A stretch of DNA of 64,000 bases from an uncultured Gammaproteobacteria bacterium (GTDB lineage Bacteria > Patescibacteriota > Patescibacteriia > Magasanikbacterales > JBBTQS01). The stretch covers positions 1,565 through 65,564 of the forward strand of contig CAZVIA010000004.1 of NCBI GenBank assembly GCA_964627525.1, written 5' to 3'. The first letter of the stretch is position 1, and every line of letters begins with the position of its first letter. Below the pieces are notes generated by a model, which saw only the letters and a program-made list of their open reading frames with translations, made no database searches and was not told the DNA's origin. A program made the position numbers and the translations under genes. This document shows positions 48,234 to 58,069 of the stretch, piece after piece.

Positions 48234-50924
48234 ATGACACCTGAAAAAATACGAAATAAGTTTGTGATATTAGATGGAAATGCGATTATTCATCGTGCTT
48301 ATCATGCACTTCCGCCTCTGACAAGCAAAAAAGGCCAAATGGTAAATGCTGTTTATGGTTTTGGAACAATTTTAATTAGAATTTTAAAAGAATTAACCCC
48401 AACTCATGTTGTGGTAACTTTTGATTTGGCTGGGCCAACTTTTCGTCATGAAAAATACGAAGATTATAAAGCCACTCGTGTAAAAGCAGATGATGAGTTG
48501 TATGAGCAGATTCCGCTGATTCATGAGTTGGTTGAAGCTTTTAATATTCCAATTGTTGAAAAGAAGGGTTTTGAAGCTGATGATTGTATTGGTACTTTGG
48601 TGAAAAAAGTTGAGCGCGGTGGTAAAACCGATGTTGTGATTGTTACAGGTGATTTAGATACTTTGCAATTAGTTGATGATCATGTGACGGTTTATACAAT
48701 GCGAAAAGGCATGAGTGATATTGTTGAATATGATCGTGCTGAAGTTGCAAAGCGGTATGATAGTTTGACTCCAGAGCAAGTGATTGATTTTAAGGCGTTG
48801 AAAGGTGATGCAAGTGATAACATAAAAGGTGTGAAAGGTATTGGTGAAAAAGGTGCGATTGATTTGTTGAAAAATTTTAAGAGTTTGGATGGAATTTATA
48901 AGGCAGTTGATTCTATTGATGCTGATTCTGGCAAAACTGGCGCTAGTGGCAAAACTGAAAAAATTAAGCCAGCTACTTTGAAAAAATTAATTGACAGTCG
49001 CAAAAGTGCATATGAATCTCAGGAATTAGCAACTATTGTTTTAGATGTTCCAATTAGTCGTGGGTTAAAAGATTTTATTCGTAAGCCAGTTAATGAAAAA
49101 GCTTTGTTGGAGTTGTTGCAAGAATTAGAATTTACTTCTTTGTTGTCTCGCATTCCTGGAATGAAAAATAAAATTGTTGTAGCAAAGAAAAAAAATGTAA
49201 AAATTGTTGAGTTGGGTCAAGGTGATTTGTCTGGGGTTTTTGGGAAAATTGAAAAAGAAGATGAGGTGGGTGTGGTTTTGCAAACAACTGATGAGGGAAA
49301 TTTTTTGGATAAAGAAATTTTAGGGTTGGCAATTGTGAGTGCGCGAAATAATTGGTATGTTTCTGCAGAAGTTAAAGGTTGGGAAAAATTGTTGAGTGCG
49401 AAAACTCGTTATTGTGTGCATGATTCAAAAGAGTTTGTAAAAGTTTTGTGGGAAAATGGTGTTGTTGAACCGAAAAATATTTTTGATGTGATGATTGGTT
49501 CTTATTTATTACATTCAGAAAGTCGTGCGCATGGTTTGGATGCTTTGGCTTTAAAATATTTGGGTGAGAAAATTGAGAAGTCGGACAAGCAGGCGAGTTT
49601 GTTTGGAAAGCCAAAAGAAAATGTTGTGGCAGAGGCAGGTGCGGTTTTTGGAATTGCAAAACATGTTGATAAGGAAATGGAAAAAGTTTTGGTGTGGGGT
49701 TTGTATGAAAAAATTGAAGGGCCATTGGTTGAGGTTTTGGCGCGCATGGAACGTCATGGAATTGCGATTGATTCTGGGCTATTGGCGAGTTTGGCAAAAA
49801 AAGTTGATGCGCGTTTAGGAGAATTGGAAAAACAAATTCATAAACATGCGGGTAAAGATTTTAATGTAAATTCTTCAGCGCAGTTGCGTGATATTTTGTT
49901 TGAGGATTTGGGGTTGCCAACTCAAGATATTAAAAAAGGTAAGACAGGTTATTCAACTGCGGCAACTGAATTGGCAAAGCTCAAAGGTTTTCATCCGATT
50001 ATAGAATTGATTGAGGAGAATCGTGAACTGACAAAATTGAAAACAACTTATATTGATGTGTTGCCAACTTTGACTCATGAAAAAACGAAACGCATTCACA
50101 CAACTTTTAATCAAACTGTAACTGCAACTGGACGTTTGTCTTCTTCAGAGCCAAACATGCAAAATATTCCAACGCGCACTGAAGAGGGTCGCAAAATTCG
50201 CGATGCTTTCGTTGCTGGGTCTGGTTGTACTTTGGTGGTTGCTGATTATTCCCAGGTTGAATTGAGGATAGTTGCTTCTTTGGCAAATGATGCTGGGATG
50301 ATTGAGATTTTTGAGAAAGGTGAGGACATTCATAAATCAACTGCAGCAAAAATTCAGGGCGTGGCTTTGGATAAAGTTACTTCTGACATGCGTCGTAAAG
50401 CCAAGGAAGTTAATTTTGGGGTTTTGTATGGAATGGGTTCATTTGGTTTGGCGGCGCGTACTGGAATTTCTAGAGCTGAAGCACAAGAGTTTATTGAAAA
50501 ATATTTTAATGCGTTTAAAGGTGTTAAAAAATATATTGATGAGACAATGGATTTGGCAAAGAAAAAAGGATATGTTGAAACAATGTTTGGTCGGCGCAGA
50601 TATATTCAAGATATTGGTTCAAGTAATTTTCAAGTGCGAGCTGCAGCAGAGAGAATGGCAATTAACCACCCTGTTCAAGGGACTGCAGCTGATTTGATGA
50701 AGTTAGCAATGATTGAAGTTGATAAATTTATTATTGATGAGAAATTGGAAGACAAAGTAAAAATGTTATTGCAAGTTCACGATGAATTGGTTTTTGAGGT
50801 TAAGGATTCTATGGCGGAAAAAATTGCAAAGCAAATTAAGGAGATTATGGAATCTGTGATAAAATTGCGTGTGCCAGTTGAGACAGATGTTGGTATTGGT
50901 AAAAGTTGGGGTGCTGCAAAATAA
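48234..50924 (+). CDS. polA: DNA polymerase I
   Basis: It has a 5'-3' exonuclease N-terminus, a polymerase domain with RRKAKEVNFGVLYGM and HDELVFE, and 896 aa. Confidence 0.95.
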   Translation: MTPEKIRNKFVILDGNAIIHRAYHALPPLTSKKGQMVNAVYGFGTILIRILKELTPTHVVVTFDLAGPTFRHEKYEDYKATRVKADDELYEQIPLIHELVEAFNIPIVEKKGFEADDCIGTLVKKVERGGKTDVVIVTGDLDTLQLVDDHVTVYTMRKGMSDIVEYDRAEVAKRYDSLTPEQVIDFKALKGDASDNIKGVKGIGEKGAIDLLKNFKSLDGIYKAVDSIDADSGKTGASGKTEKIKPATLKKLIDSRKSAYESQELATIVLDVPISRGLKDFIRKPVNEKALLELLQELEFTSLLSRIPGMKNKIVVAKKKNVKIVELGQGDLSGVFGKIEKEDEVGVVLQTTDEGNFLDKEILGLAIVSARNNWYVSAEVKGWEKLLSAKTRYCVHDSKEFVKVLWENGVVEPKNIFDVMIGSYLLHSESRAHGLDALALKYLGEKIEKSDKQASLFGKPKENVVAEAGAVFGIAKHVDKEMEKVLVWGLYEKIEGPLVEVLARMERHGIAIDSGLLASLAKKVDARLGELEKQIHKHAGKDFNVNSSAQLRDILFEDLGLPTQDIKKGKTGYSTAATELAKLKGFHPIIELIEENRELTKLKTTYIDVLPTLTHEKTKRIHTTFNQTVTATGRLSSSEPNMQNIPTRTEEGRKIRDAFVAGSGCTLVVADYSQVELRIVASLANDAGMIEIFEKGEDIHKSTAAKIQGVALDKVTSDMRRKAKEVNFGVLYGMGSFGLAARTGISRAEAQEFIEKYFNAFKGVKKYIDETMDLAKKKGYVETMFGRRRYIQDIGSSNFQVRAAAERMAINHPVQGTAADLMKLAMIEVDKFIIDEKLEDKVKMLLQVHDELVFEVKDSMAEKIAKQIKEIMESVIKLRVPVETDVGIGKSWGAAK

Positions 50925-50944
50925 TTTAAGGAAGTTGGAAAATC

Positions 50945-51895
50945 ATGTTTATATTTTTATATGGCAAAGACTCTTATCGTAGTCGTTTGCATTTAGAAAA
51001 AATTAAAAATAAATTTAGCCAAGAGCGCGATCCTCATGGGATGAATGTTGTAGTTGTAAATGCTTTTGAGGAGAATTCTGTTTTTATTAAAGAGCAAGTT
51101 TTAGCGTCTCCTTTTTTGGCGGAAAAAAGAATGGTGGTTTTGCGAAAAATTTTTGAGGCGGAAAAAGATTTTCAAAATTGGATGCAAGAAAAACATGGGG
51201 ATTTATCTGGGCGTGATGATTTAATTTGTGTGGTTTGGTCTGAAAAAGATTCAGTGAAAAAAAGTGAGTTGTTTAATTTGTTGAGTGCAGAAAAGTTTGC
51301 TCAAAAATTTGAATTACCTAAAGGTAAAAAATTGGAAAATTGGATTTTGGGATTGGTTCAGGAATTTGGTGGTGAAATTAATAGTGTGGCTTTGGCAAAA
51401 TTAGTAAATTCTTTTGAAGATGATTTGTGGCAGTTGGCAAATGTGATTCATCAATTGGTAATGTATTGTGACAAGCGTGCGATCACAGATAAAGACGTTG
51501 ATTTATTTGTAAAAGAAAAAGTTGACGATGCTATTTTTGCTTTGATGGATGCTTTAACACAAAAAAATAAAGCGCGTGCATTGCAATTGTTACATCAGCA
51601 GTGGAATTTTGGTTCAGAGCCAGGGCAAGTTTTTGGAATGATAGTAAGGCAGTTTAAAATTTTGACGGATTTATATTCTTATCGTCTTGCGAATCCAAAC
51701 TCAACAGAAAAACAAATTGCAAATTCAATTGGGTTACATCCTTTTGTTGTGAAAAAAACTTTACCAATGTTGCGTTCATATAATTTAAAAAATATTGCGC
51801 AAATTCAACACATACTTTTAGAAATTGATCGTAAAATCAAAACAGGAGCTGGTCAAATGACCGAGCTCCTGGATTGGTTGGTTGTGGCAGTCTAG
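50945..51895 (+). CDS. holA: DNA polymerase III delta subunit
   Basis: It has the N-terminal LYGKDSY motif and an AAA+-like delta fold with matching length. Confidence 0.7.
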   Translation: MFIFLYGKDSYRSRLHLEKIKNKFSQERDPHGMNVVVVNAFEENSVFIKEQVLASPFLAEKRMVVLRKIFEAEKDFQNWMQEKHGDLSGRDDLICVVWSEKDSVKKSELFNLLSAEKFAQKFELPKGKKLENWILGLVQEFGGEINSVALAKLVNSFEDDLWQLANVIHQLVMYCDKRAITDKDVDLFVKEKVDDAIFALMDALTQKNKARALQLLHQQWNFGSEPGQVFGMIVRQFKILTDLYSYRLANPNSTEKQIANSIGLHPFVVKKTLPMLRSYNLKNIAQIQHILLEIDRKIKTGAGQMTELLDWLVVAV

Positions 51896-51897
51896 TA

Positions 51898-52389
51898 CTA
51901 CACTCTAAGAATTGGGTCAAAGCGTGCTACAAACTCAAAATCAATATAGGGGTTTGTTGTAGCGAACAATTCTTCTTGGAAGTTCAAGAAATTTTTGAGT
52001 TTTGCAGCGACACTAGTGGCGGTTCTGTAAAAAACAGTATAGCTGTCACTGGCTTTCAGGCAAGTAAGAGCAAGAACATACCCTCTCCAACAATGCACCT
52101 TCCACTCAACATAATCTACCATTTCAGGTAAGAGCTGTCTGGTCATTTCATAAGTGATAGGATCACCATTCGCACGCCGCTCATCACTTCTATCGTCTCT
52201 AAAAGAAAGGATCTCTTCGTTTTTTACCAAAAACTCAATCCAGCTTTTTGAATCTCCAGGACTGTCTTTTGGATCAGTAGAAAAAAAAGAACTTATTGCA
52301 CAGTGCAGGGCACTTATTTGGTTGTTGAGATAAGCCTTCATAACCCCAAGAACCATTTTTTGCTGTTCAGTCAGTTCTTGTTTTGCCAA
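51898..52389 (-). CDS. Hypothetical protein (163 aa)
   Basis: The ORF has no recognised motif and a somewhat higher G+C than its neighbours. Confidence 0.4.
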   Translation of the reverse strand: MAKQELTEQQKMVLGVMKAYLNNQISALHCAISSFFSTDPKDSPGDSKSWIEFLVKNEEILSFRDDRSDERRANGDPITYEMTRQLLPEMVDYVEWKVHCWRGYVLALTCLKASDSYTVFYRTATSVAAKLKNFLNFQEELFATTNPYIDFEFVARFDPILRV

Positions 52390-52460
52390 AATAACCCTCC
52401 TTTTTGGCAGGTGTTATAAAATAGATCCCCAATGTCGTGATTTGCTCTGTCTTGTGCTCC

Positions 52461-52724
52461 TTAAGCCAAACTATTCGCCTTTGTCATCACTTTGGACTTT
52501 TGGCGATTAGCTTTGTTTGCTTTGATCACATTAACCTTAGCAGCTTTATCTGAAGCTTTTTGGATTTTCTTAGCTAGAGCTATTGCCTCTGCTTTATCTC
52601 CACGCTCAATAGCTTTGTCAGCTTGCTTCATTAAATACTTCAAGTTTTTCTTGATTGAAGTATTGTGAGCGCTAAGTTTTTTTGATTTTCGCAATTCTTT
52701 CATTGCGGAAGGTTTGTTCGGCAT
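52461..52724 (-). CDS. rpsT: 30S ribosomal protein S20
   Basis: It is basic, Ala/Lys-rich and 87 aa, with the S20 pattern. Confidence 0.85.
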   Translation of the reverse strand: MPNKPSAMKELRKSKKLSAHNTSIKKNLKYLMKQADKAIERGDKAEAIALAKKIQKASDKAAKVNVIKANKANRQKSKVMTKANSLA

Positions 52725-52769
52725 AAATATTGTTTTTAGTGTGACAAAAATATAGCAAAAGCGTGAAAA

Positions 52770-53855
52770 TTAGTCAAGTAGCTTGTTTTGACTACCACTT
52801 GCCATCTCAAGTTTATCATCAAATTTTTCTAGACGTTTTTCACCTTCTGTAAAACTTTTATTAGCATGAGTTAAATGTCCACCTAAGACTCTGTATTGTT
52901 CTGAAAACTTATCAAAGTCACCTCTCAATCGTCCCAAGTGATTTAAAATCTCTTTTGCACTTGATTCAACTTCCATTCCTTTTAATCCTAATAAAATAGT
53001 TTGTAAATAAGAATAAAAAGAATTTGGAGAAACAGGAATTACTCGTTTGTCCAAAGCATAAGTCATCAGACCTTCTCCTTCTTCATCTTTTATAATTATT
53101 TCGTAATAAACATTTTCAGCAGGAATATACATTAATGCAAAATCTAAAGTACCTTCATCTGGCAAAATATATTTTGTTGCAATTTCATCAATGCGTTTTT
53201 TAACATCTTTTGAAAACTCTTTTTTGTGTTTGCGCTGGTCTGGCTCATCTGCCTCAATCATTTTTTTGAAGTTTTCTAAAGGGAATTTTGCATCAATTGG
53301 GATTATAACCCCGTCTCTTAACTGTATAATGGCATCAACCACTTCTCTGCTTTTAAAAATATGCTGAAGTTTAAAATTTTTGTTTGGAAGAATTTGTGCT
53401 AATAAATCCCCAAGAAAAAGTTCACCTAAAGCACCGCGAAGTTTTGGAGAGCGAAGAATTTCTTGTAAAGAAGAGATGTCTTTTCCAACATCATAAATTC
53501 TTTTGTTTGCTTCTTCTAGTTGTGTAAGTTTTGAAGTAACACCAACATATGCTTTTGAAGCATGGTCTAATCTTGATCCAATATTTTTTTGCGACTCTTG
53601 TAATAAGCGTGCATTATTATGAAGTTGTTTATTGATTTGTTCTGTTGTTGAGCTAAGTTGATTATAAAAAAGTTGTTTTTGTTCTGAAACTGATTTTGAT
53701 AGATTATCAATGTTTTGTTCTAGTTTGATAACTCTTTCATCGTCTTTTTGGTGTTCAAAACCTTGTAATTTTTTGTTAATAAAGTATAGTATTGAAGAAA
53801 TACCAATCACTAAAACAACAATTATTGTAAAAATAAATCCAAGTTGTGATTCCAT
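52770..53855 (-). CDS. rmuC: DNA recombination protein RmuC
   Basis: It has an N-terminal transmembrane helix, a coiled coil and a C-terminal RmuC nuclease-like domain (RGALGELFLGDLL...IPIDAKFPLENF). It probably starts at the internal Met of the 380-aa track ORF. Confidence 0.8.
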   Translation of the reverse strand: MESQLGFIFTIIVVLVIGISSILYFINKKLQGFEHQKDDERVIKLEQNIDNLSKSVSEQKQLFYNQLSSTTEQINKQLHNNARLLQESQKNIGSRLDHASKAYVGVTSKLTQLEEANKRIYDVGKDISSLQEILRSPKLRGALGELFLGDLLAQILPNKNFKLQHIFKSREVVDAIIQLRDGVIIPIDAKFPLENFKKMIEADEPDQRKHKKEFSKDVKKRIDEIATKYILPDEGTLDFALMYIPAENVYYEIIIKDEEGEGLMTYALDKRVIPVSPNSFYSYLQTILLGLKGMEVESSAKEILNHLGRLRGDFDKFSEQYRVLGGHLTHANKSFTEGEKRLEKFDDKLEMASGSQNKLLD

Positions 53856-53976
53856 ATAGTTTTTGTTTAATGTTTTAGGGTTAGTCAAATATACCACAAA
53901 AAAGAAAAACACTAAAAATTTGAAATATTGTATAGGGGATTAGAGATTAAATTATTGTACGACACCAGAAACATTT

Positions 53977-54048
53977 GCCTTTGTAGTTTAATGGATAAAA
54001 CAAATCCGTCCTAAGGATAAGATGTGGGTTCGATTCCTACCAAGGGCA
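53977..54048 (+). tRNA. tRNA-Arg (anticodon CCU)
   Basis: It has a manual cloverleaf: acceptor GCCUUUG/CAAGGGC, anticodon loop GUCCUAA and T-arm GUGGG-UUCGAUU-CCUAC. Confidence 0.8.
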
Positions 54049-54179
54049 CAAATAACTTTTTTAGACTTCCCTACTCTTCAGTGGGGTGGGGATATAGACC
54101 AAAAGACCTGTTTTGAGGTAGGGCATAGAGAGTAGGGGATGAAAAACCATGCTTATTTTTAATAAATAAGATAATAGTG

Positions 54180-54205
54180 TTTTGTATACACAGGTCTATA
54201 CAAAA
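54180..54205. repeat. 26-nt dyad-symmetric motif TTTTGTATACAC-N-TATACAAAA, copy A (copy B is at 58999..59024)
   Basis: It is a near-perfect palindrome, and both copies lie in long ORF-free regions followed by DnaA-box-like 9-mers. Confidence 0.4.
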
Positions 54206-54231
54206 TAGCTACTTATTAACAAGTTATCCAC

Positions 54232-54260
54232 TTGACACAACATTGATTGGTTGAGATAAT
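54232..54260 (+). promoter_or_regulatory. Sigma70-like promoter (TTGACA-N17-GATAAT)
   Basis: It is a consensus -35 and a good -10, about 30 nt downstream of motif copy A. Confidence 0.35.
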
Positions 54261-54611
54261 AAGATAACGTAATTACTTAAATAAATTTGCCCATGATTTA
54301 AAAACCTTGTACAACTTAGCAAGTACTTTGGAGTGCGGTGCTTATTGGGGAAGTTGAAAGGTTGAAGGTCAGAATTTTTGAAAGATGCTTATATGCTATC
54401 TGAGTTTGATGTTTTGAAAAGTTTCACATGTATGGAATTTTTGCATGGGAGTGCACGAAGTCCTCTTTTAATTGACTAAATATAGATTGTTTCTAGTTTC
54501 GTAAAATATTTTACAGAAGAGTTTAATAAGGGTTTGGCAAAGGTTGGGTAAGAGTTTGGTAAAAGTTTACTAAATTTTTATAATCAAGTATAATTTGCTC
54601 ATTCAATATTA

Positions 54612-54683
54612 GGGCTCATGGCTCAATGGTAGAGCGCCTCAATGGCATTGAGGAGGTTGTGAGTTCAAATCTCACTGGGTCCA
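54612..54683 (+). tRNA. tRNA-Ala (anticodon GGC) with G3:U70
   Basis: It has a manual cloverleaf: acceptor GGGCUCA/UGGGUCC with the G3-U70 alanine identity pair, anticodon loop AUGGCAU and T-loop UUCAAAU. Confidence 0.85.
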
Positions 54684-54685
54684 CT

Positions 54686-55753
54686 ATGTTAAAAATCGGA
54701 ATTATTGGTTTGCCAAATGTTGGGAAATCAACTTTGTTTAATGCTTTAACAAAAAGTAAGCAAGCAGATGCGCAAAATTATCCATTTTGTACCATTGAAC
54801 CAAATATGGGTGTTGTTGAAGTACCTGATGAACGTTTGGAAAAATTAGGTGAAATAAGTAAGTCAGAAAAAATTATTCCAACTACAGTTGAGTTTGTAGA
54901 TATTGCTGGTTTGGTTAAGGGTGCTTCTGAAGGAGAAGGTCTTGGTAATAAGTTTTTGTCGCACATAAGAGAAGTTGATGCAATTGCGCAAGTGGTGAGA
55001 ATTTTTTCAGATAAAAATGTTACTCATGTTCATGACACAATAGATGCTGAACGTGATCTTGAGGTTATTAATTTAGAATTAGCTTTGGCGGATTTGGAAA
55101 CAATTAATAAACAAAAAGATCGTTTGGAAAAAGAAATGAAAGCAGGTACAAGTAGAGAGTTAGAAAAAAAGAAAAAATTAATTGACTTGTTGTGTGAAAA
55201 TCTTGTGCAAGGAAAACCAATTAGGGATTTGGAAATAGAAGATTTGGATGATAAAAAATATTTGAAAAGTTTGCACTTGCTTACAAATAAACCAATGATG
55301 ATAATTGCGAACACAGATGAAATTAATGACACACTTCCAAATTTTCCAGAAAAATATAAAGTTGTGCAGGTTTGTGCAAAGCTTGAACAGGATTTATCTG
55401 AAATGACTGAACAAGAAGCAAAGGAATATTTAAGTGAGCTTGGTATAAAACAAACTGGCTTAGATAAGGTTATTAAAATGGGTTATGATTTATTAAATTT
55501 AATTACATTTTTAACTTCAGGTGAAAAAGAAACTCGCGCGTGGACTGTTCAGTGCACTGCTTTGGCTCCACAAGCTGCTGGAGTAATTCACACTGATTTT
55601 GAAAAAGGTTTTATTAGGGCAGAAATTGCAGACTATGATGATTTTGTAAAATTAAATGGTTGGGTCGGAACAAAAGAAAATGGTAAAATGCGTTTAGAGG
55701 GAAAAGAATATGAAATTAAAGACGGGGACGTTTGTTATTTTCGTGTAGCATAA
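54686..55753 (+). CDS. ychF: Ribosome-binding ATPase YchF (Obg-family GTPase)
   Basis: It has the G1 motif MLKIGIIGLPNVGKSTLFNALT and a C-terminal TGS domain. The true start is the internal Met, because the track ORF 54626.. is an artefactual extension through the tRNA. Confidence 0.9.
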   Translation: MLKIGIIGLPNVGKSTLFNALTKSKQADAQNYPFCTIEPNMGVVEVPDERLEKLGEISKSEKIIPTTVEFVDIAGLVKGASEGEGLGNKFLSHIREVDAIAQVVRIFSDKNVTHVHDTIDAERDLEVINLELALADLETINKQKDRLEKEMKAGTSRELEKKKKLIDLLCENLVQGKPIRDLEIEDLDDKKYLKSLHLLTNKPMMIIANTDEINDTLPNFPEKYKVVQVCAKLEQDLSEMTEQEAKEYLSELGIKQTGLDKVIKMGYDLLNLITFLTSGEKETRAWTVQCTALAPQAAGVIHTDFEKGFIRAEIADYDDFVKLNGWVGTKENGKMRLEGKEYEIKDGDVCYFRVA

Positions 55754-55760
55754 ATTTTTT

Positions 55761-56480
55761 ATGGAAAAAATTGAACTTACCCATCATGAAGGTATGGGTA
55801 CTTCTAAGGATACTATTCGTGAAGCAATTTTTGGTTTGGAAGATGGAATTGTTTCAACTTTGGGTGCGGTTGTTGGTATTGCGGTTGGTACACAAAATCA
55901 ATACATAGTTGTTTTATCTGGAATGGTTGTGATTGCTGTTGAAGCTGTATCCATGGCAGCTGGTTCTTATATTTCTTCAAAAACTGAAAGAGATATAAGT
56001 TTGCGCTGGTTAAAAGAAGAAGAATGGGAAATTGAACATGATCGTGAAAGAGAAGTTGAGGAGTTGCGTGAGTGGTATACAGAAAGAGGTTTTAATAAAA
56101 AAGAAGTTGAGATGTTGTTGAATAGGGTTACTTCAGATAAAAAATTATGGCTTGAGGAAATGGCGCATTATGAATTAAAAATTTTTCCAGATGATTTAGA
56201 ACAGCCAACGCGTAATGCGTGGATAATGGGATTGGCTTATATTGTTGGTGGTATTGTTCCAATTACAAGTTTCTTTTTATTGCCTATTGAAACAGCAATT
56301 TGGAGTGCTGTTGGGTGTAGTGCAGTTGCTTTGTTTTTAGTAGGTGCTGCAATTACAAAATTAACTTATCGTAATTGGTTGCGAAGTGGGCTTGAAATGG
56401 TTACAGTTGCAATGGGGGCTGCAGTGGTAGGATTTCTTATTGCGCAATTAGCAGAATTTCTCTTACCACTCTTGCATTAG
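55761..56480 (+). CDS. VIT1/CCC1-family iron/manganese transporter
   Basis: It has an N-terminal IREAIFGLEDGIVSTLGAVVG and the transmembrane pattern of the VIT family. Confidence 0.8.
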   Translation: MEKIELTHHEGMGTSKDTIREAIFGLEDGIVSTLGAVVGIAVGTQNQYIVVLSGMVVIAVEAVSMAAGSYISSKTERDISLRWLKEEEWEIEHDREREVEELREWYTERGFNKKEVEMLLNRVTSDKKLWLEEMAHYELKIFPDDLEQPTRNAWIMGLAYIVGGIVPITSFFLLPIETAIWSAVGCSAVALFLVGAAITKLTYRNWLRSGLEMVTVAMGAAVVGFLIAQLAEFLLPLLH

Positions 56481-57624
56481 GTCTGGAGTAAATTAAATTA
56501 CCTTGTTCAGATAAATGTTTAGAAAATTTTTGTAAAAGTTTTTCAGGAAGTGGTGCAATTTGTTTTGCGCCACTTTTTTTGATTGAAAATTTTATTGATT
56601 CAGGGACAATTAAAACAATTTGTCCGTTTTTTTCTAGAGCACTTAGTAAGTTTGGTATGGTTTTATTAAATAGATTTGTTAAATCAGAATTGATTTTTCT
56701 AAAGTCAGTTTTGTGTGTTGGGCGTGAAGGTCCAAGATAACCTTCTGCAATAATTGCATCTTGTTTTTCAGTTGAAAAAGGAAAAGTTGCGTCGTGTTTG
56801 AATAATTCAACTTTTTCAGAAATATTATTAAACCACATTTGGTCTTTTAACCAATCAATATTTTTTTGTGAATCAGAAATTGCTTTTGCACTAAAGTCTG
56901 AACCTTTAATTTTTTTAACACCCAAACGCATTGCTTCAGTTAAAACTGTTCCACTGCCACAAAAAGGATCTAATAATTTTGTTTCAGTTTGCACATTACC
57001 TAAGTTTAAAATTATTCGCGCAAGTTTTGGTGGTAAAATACCAGACTTATCGTCACGTTCCGGCCTTCCAAAATCAACTCTATTCCACAATTCAAAATTT
57101 TGAACAGATTTAGTAAAACCAATATGTACTTGCTTTTCATCAAAAACCAACACAAACTCCGCGCCTTTTTTTAATAAATTGTTTTTATCTACTTGAACTG
57201 ATGTGAGTGCTCTGTCTTCATTAAAAACTATTCGCGAAGACACACCTTCTTTTTTTAAAAGTTTCTTCATTGTAAAAGCAACTTTTTTTAATTGGGGTAA
57301 TTTGGTTTCAGATAATTGGTAAGGACTTAAGCCAATAATGTTTTTATTATCTTGTTTTTCATTTGAAATATATAATTCAGATAATAACTCGGGTTTTAGT
57401 AAGTTTAAAGAAATTGTTTTAAATATTTCGCCTATTTTTATTGTGCCACCTAATTTATTTTGTAAATATAATAAATCTAACTTTTCTTCAGTGTTAATTA
57501 ATAATATTTCTTCAGAAGTTTGATAATCAAATTTAGTTTTTCCTAAAATGTTTTTTAAAACAACAAAAATTTCAGCAATAGAAATTGCTGGGTGAGTTCC
57601 TAAAACAAAAAAATAAGTTTTCAT
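56437..57624 (-). CDS. Putative RNA (guanine-N2/adenine-N6) methyltransferase, UPF0020/THUMP-associated class
   Basis: It has the LDPFCGSGT motif IV/I arrangement typical of RlmL/Trm14-like methylases. The start is taken as the internal Met that forms an ATGA overlap with the lspA stop. Confidence 0.55.
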   Translation of the reverse strand: MKTYFFVLGTHPAISIAEIFVVLKNILGKTKFDYQTSEEILLINTEEKLDLLYLQNKLGGTIKIGEIFKTISLNLLKPELLSELYISNEKQDNKNIIGLSPYQLSETKLPQLKKVAFTMKKLLKKEGVSSRIVFNEDRALTSVQVDKNNLLKKGAEFVLVFDEKQVHIGFTKSVQNFELWNRVDFGRPERDDKSGILPPKLARIILNLGNVQTETKLLDPFCGSGTVLTEAMRLGVKKIKGSDFSAKAISDSQKNIDWLKDQMWFNNISEKVELFKHDATFPFSTEKQDAIIAEGYLGPSRPTHKTDFRKINSDLTNLFNKTIPNLLSALEKNGQIVLIVPESIKFSIKKSGAKQIAPLPEKLLQKFSKHLSEQGNLIYSRPNARVVREILLIAQ

Positions 57625-58067
57625 AAGACGTTTTTTTCTTCTTGCTTGCGAACAGCAATAAATAACCAAATAATTCCAACTATAATTACTATGTCTGCTA
57701 AGTTTCCAACTAATGAACCAACTTTTATGTAGTCTATTGTTGTGTGGTACACAAGTCTGTCTACGACATTACTAAAACCACCTACTAAAATATAAATTAA
57801 AGGTTTGGCAAAATAGATTTTTTTTTCGTACAAAAATTTTATTGTTATTCCAGCAATTCCAAGTACCACAGCTAAAGATAAAATTATCAAAACCATTTCA
57901 GGAACATTTAACCAAATAAAAAGATTTTTGTTTTGCAGTGTTTCAATGCCAAGTGGTCCAAAAGAAAATAACGAGGTGCCTTGGGCAAGCCCCGCTATCT
58001 TCGATTTAATAATTTGATCTATAATAAAAATTATTCCACCAGTTCTTATAACTTTTGTTAAAGTCAT
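57621..58067 (-). CDS. lspA: Lipoprotein signal peptidase (signal peptidase II)
   Basis: It has four transmembrane helices and GGFSNVVDRL / NLADIVIIVG motifs resembling LspA catalytic regions. Confidence 0.7.
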   Translation of the reverse strand: MTLTKVIRTGGIIFIIDQIIKSKIAGLAQGTSLFSFGPLGIETLQNKNLFIWLNVPEMVLIILSLAVVLGIAGITIKFLYEKKIYFAKPLIYILVGGFSNVVDRLVYHTTIDYIKVGSLVGNLADIVIIVGIIWLFIAVRKQEEKNVL

Positions 58068-58069
58068 AA

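Noticed and set aside
49132-49818. Cluster of small ORFs on both strands inside polA
   Set aside because: They are nested within the conserved PolA frame with no independent signals.
54626-54685. N-terminal 20-codon extension of the ychF ORF in the track
   Set aside because: The extension reads straight through tRNA-Ala (54612-54683), and the conserved YchF G1 motif begins at the Met at 54686.
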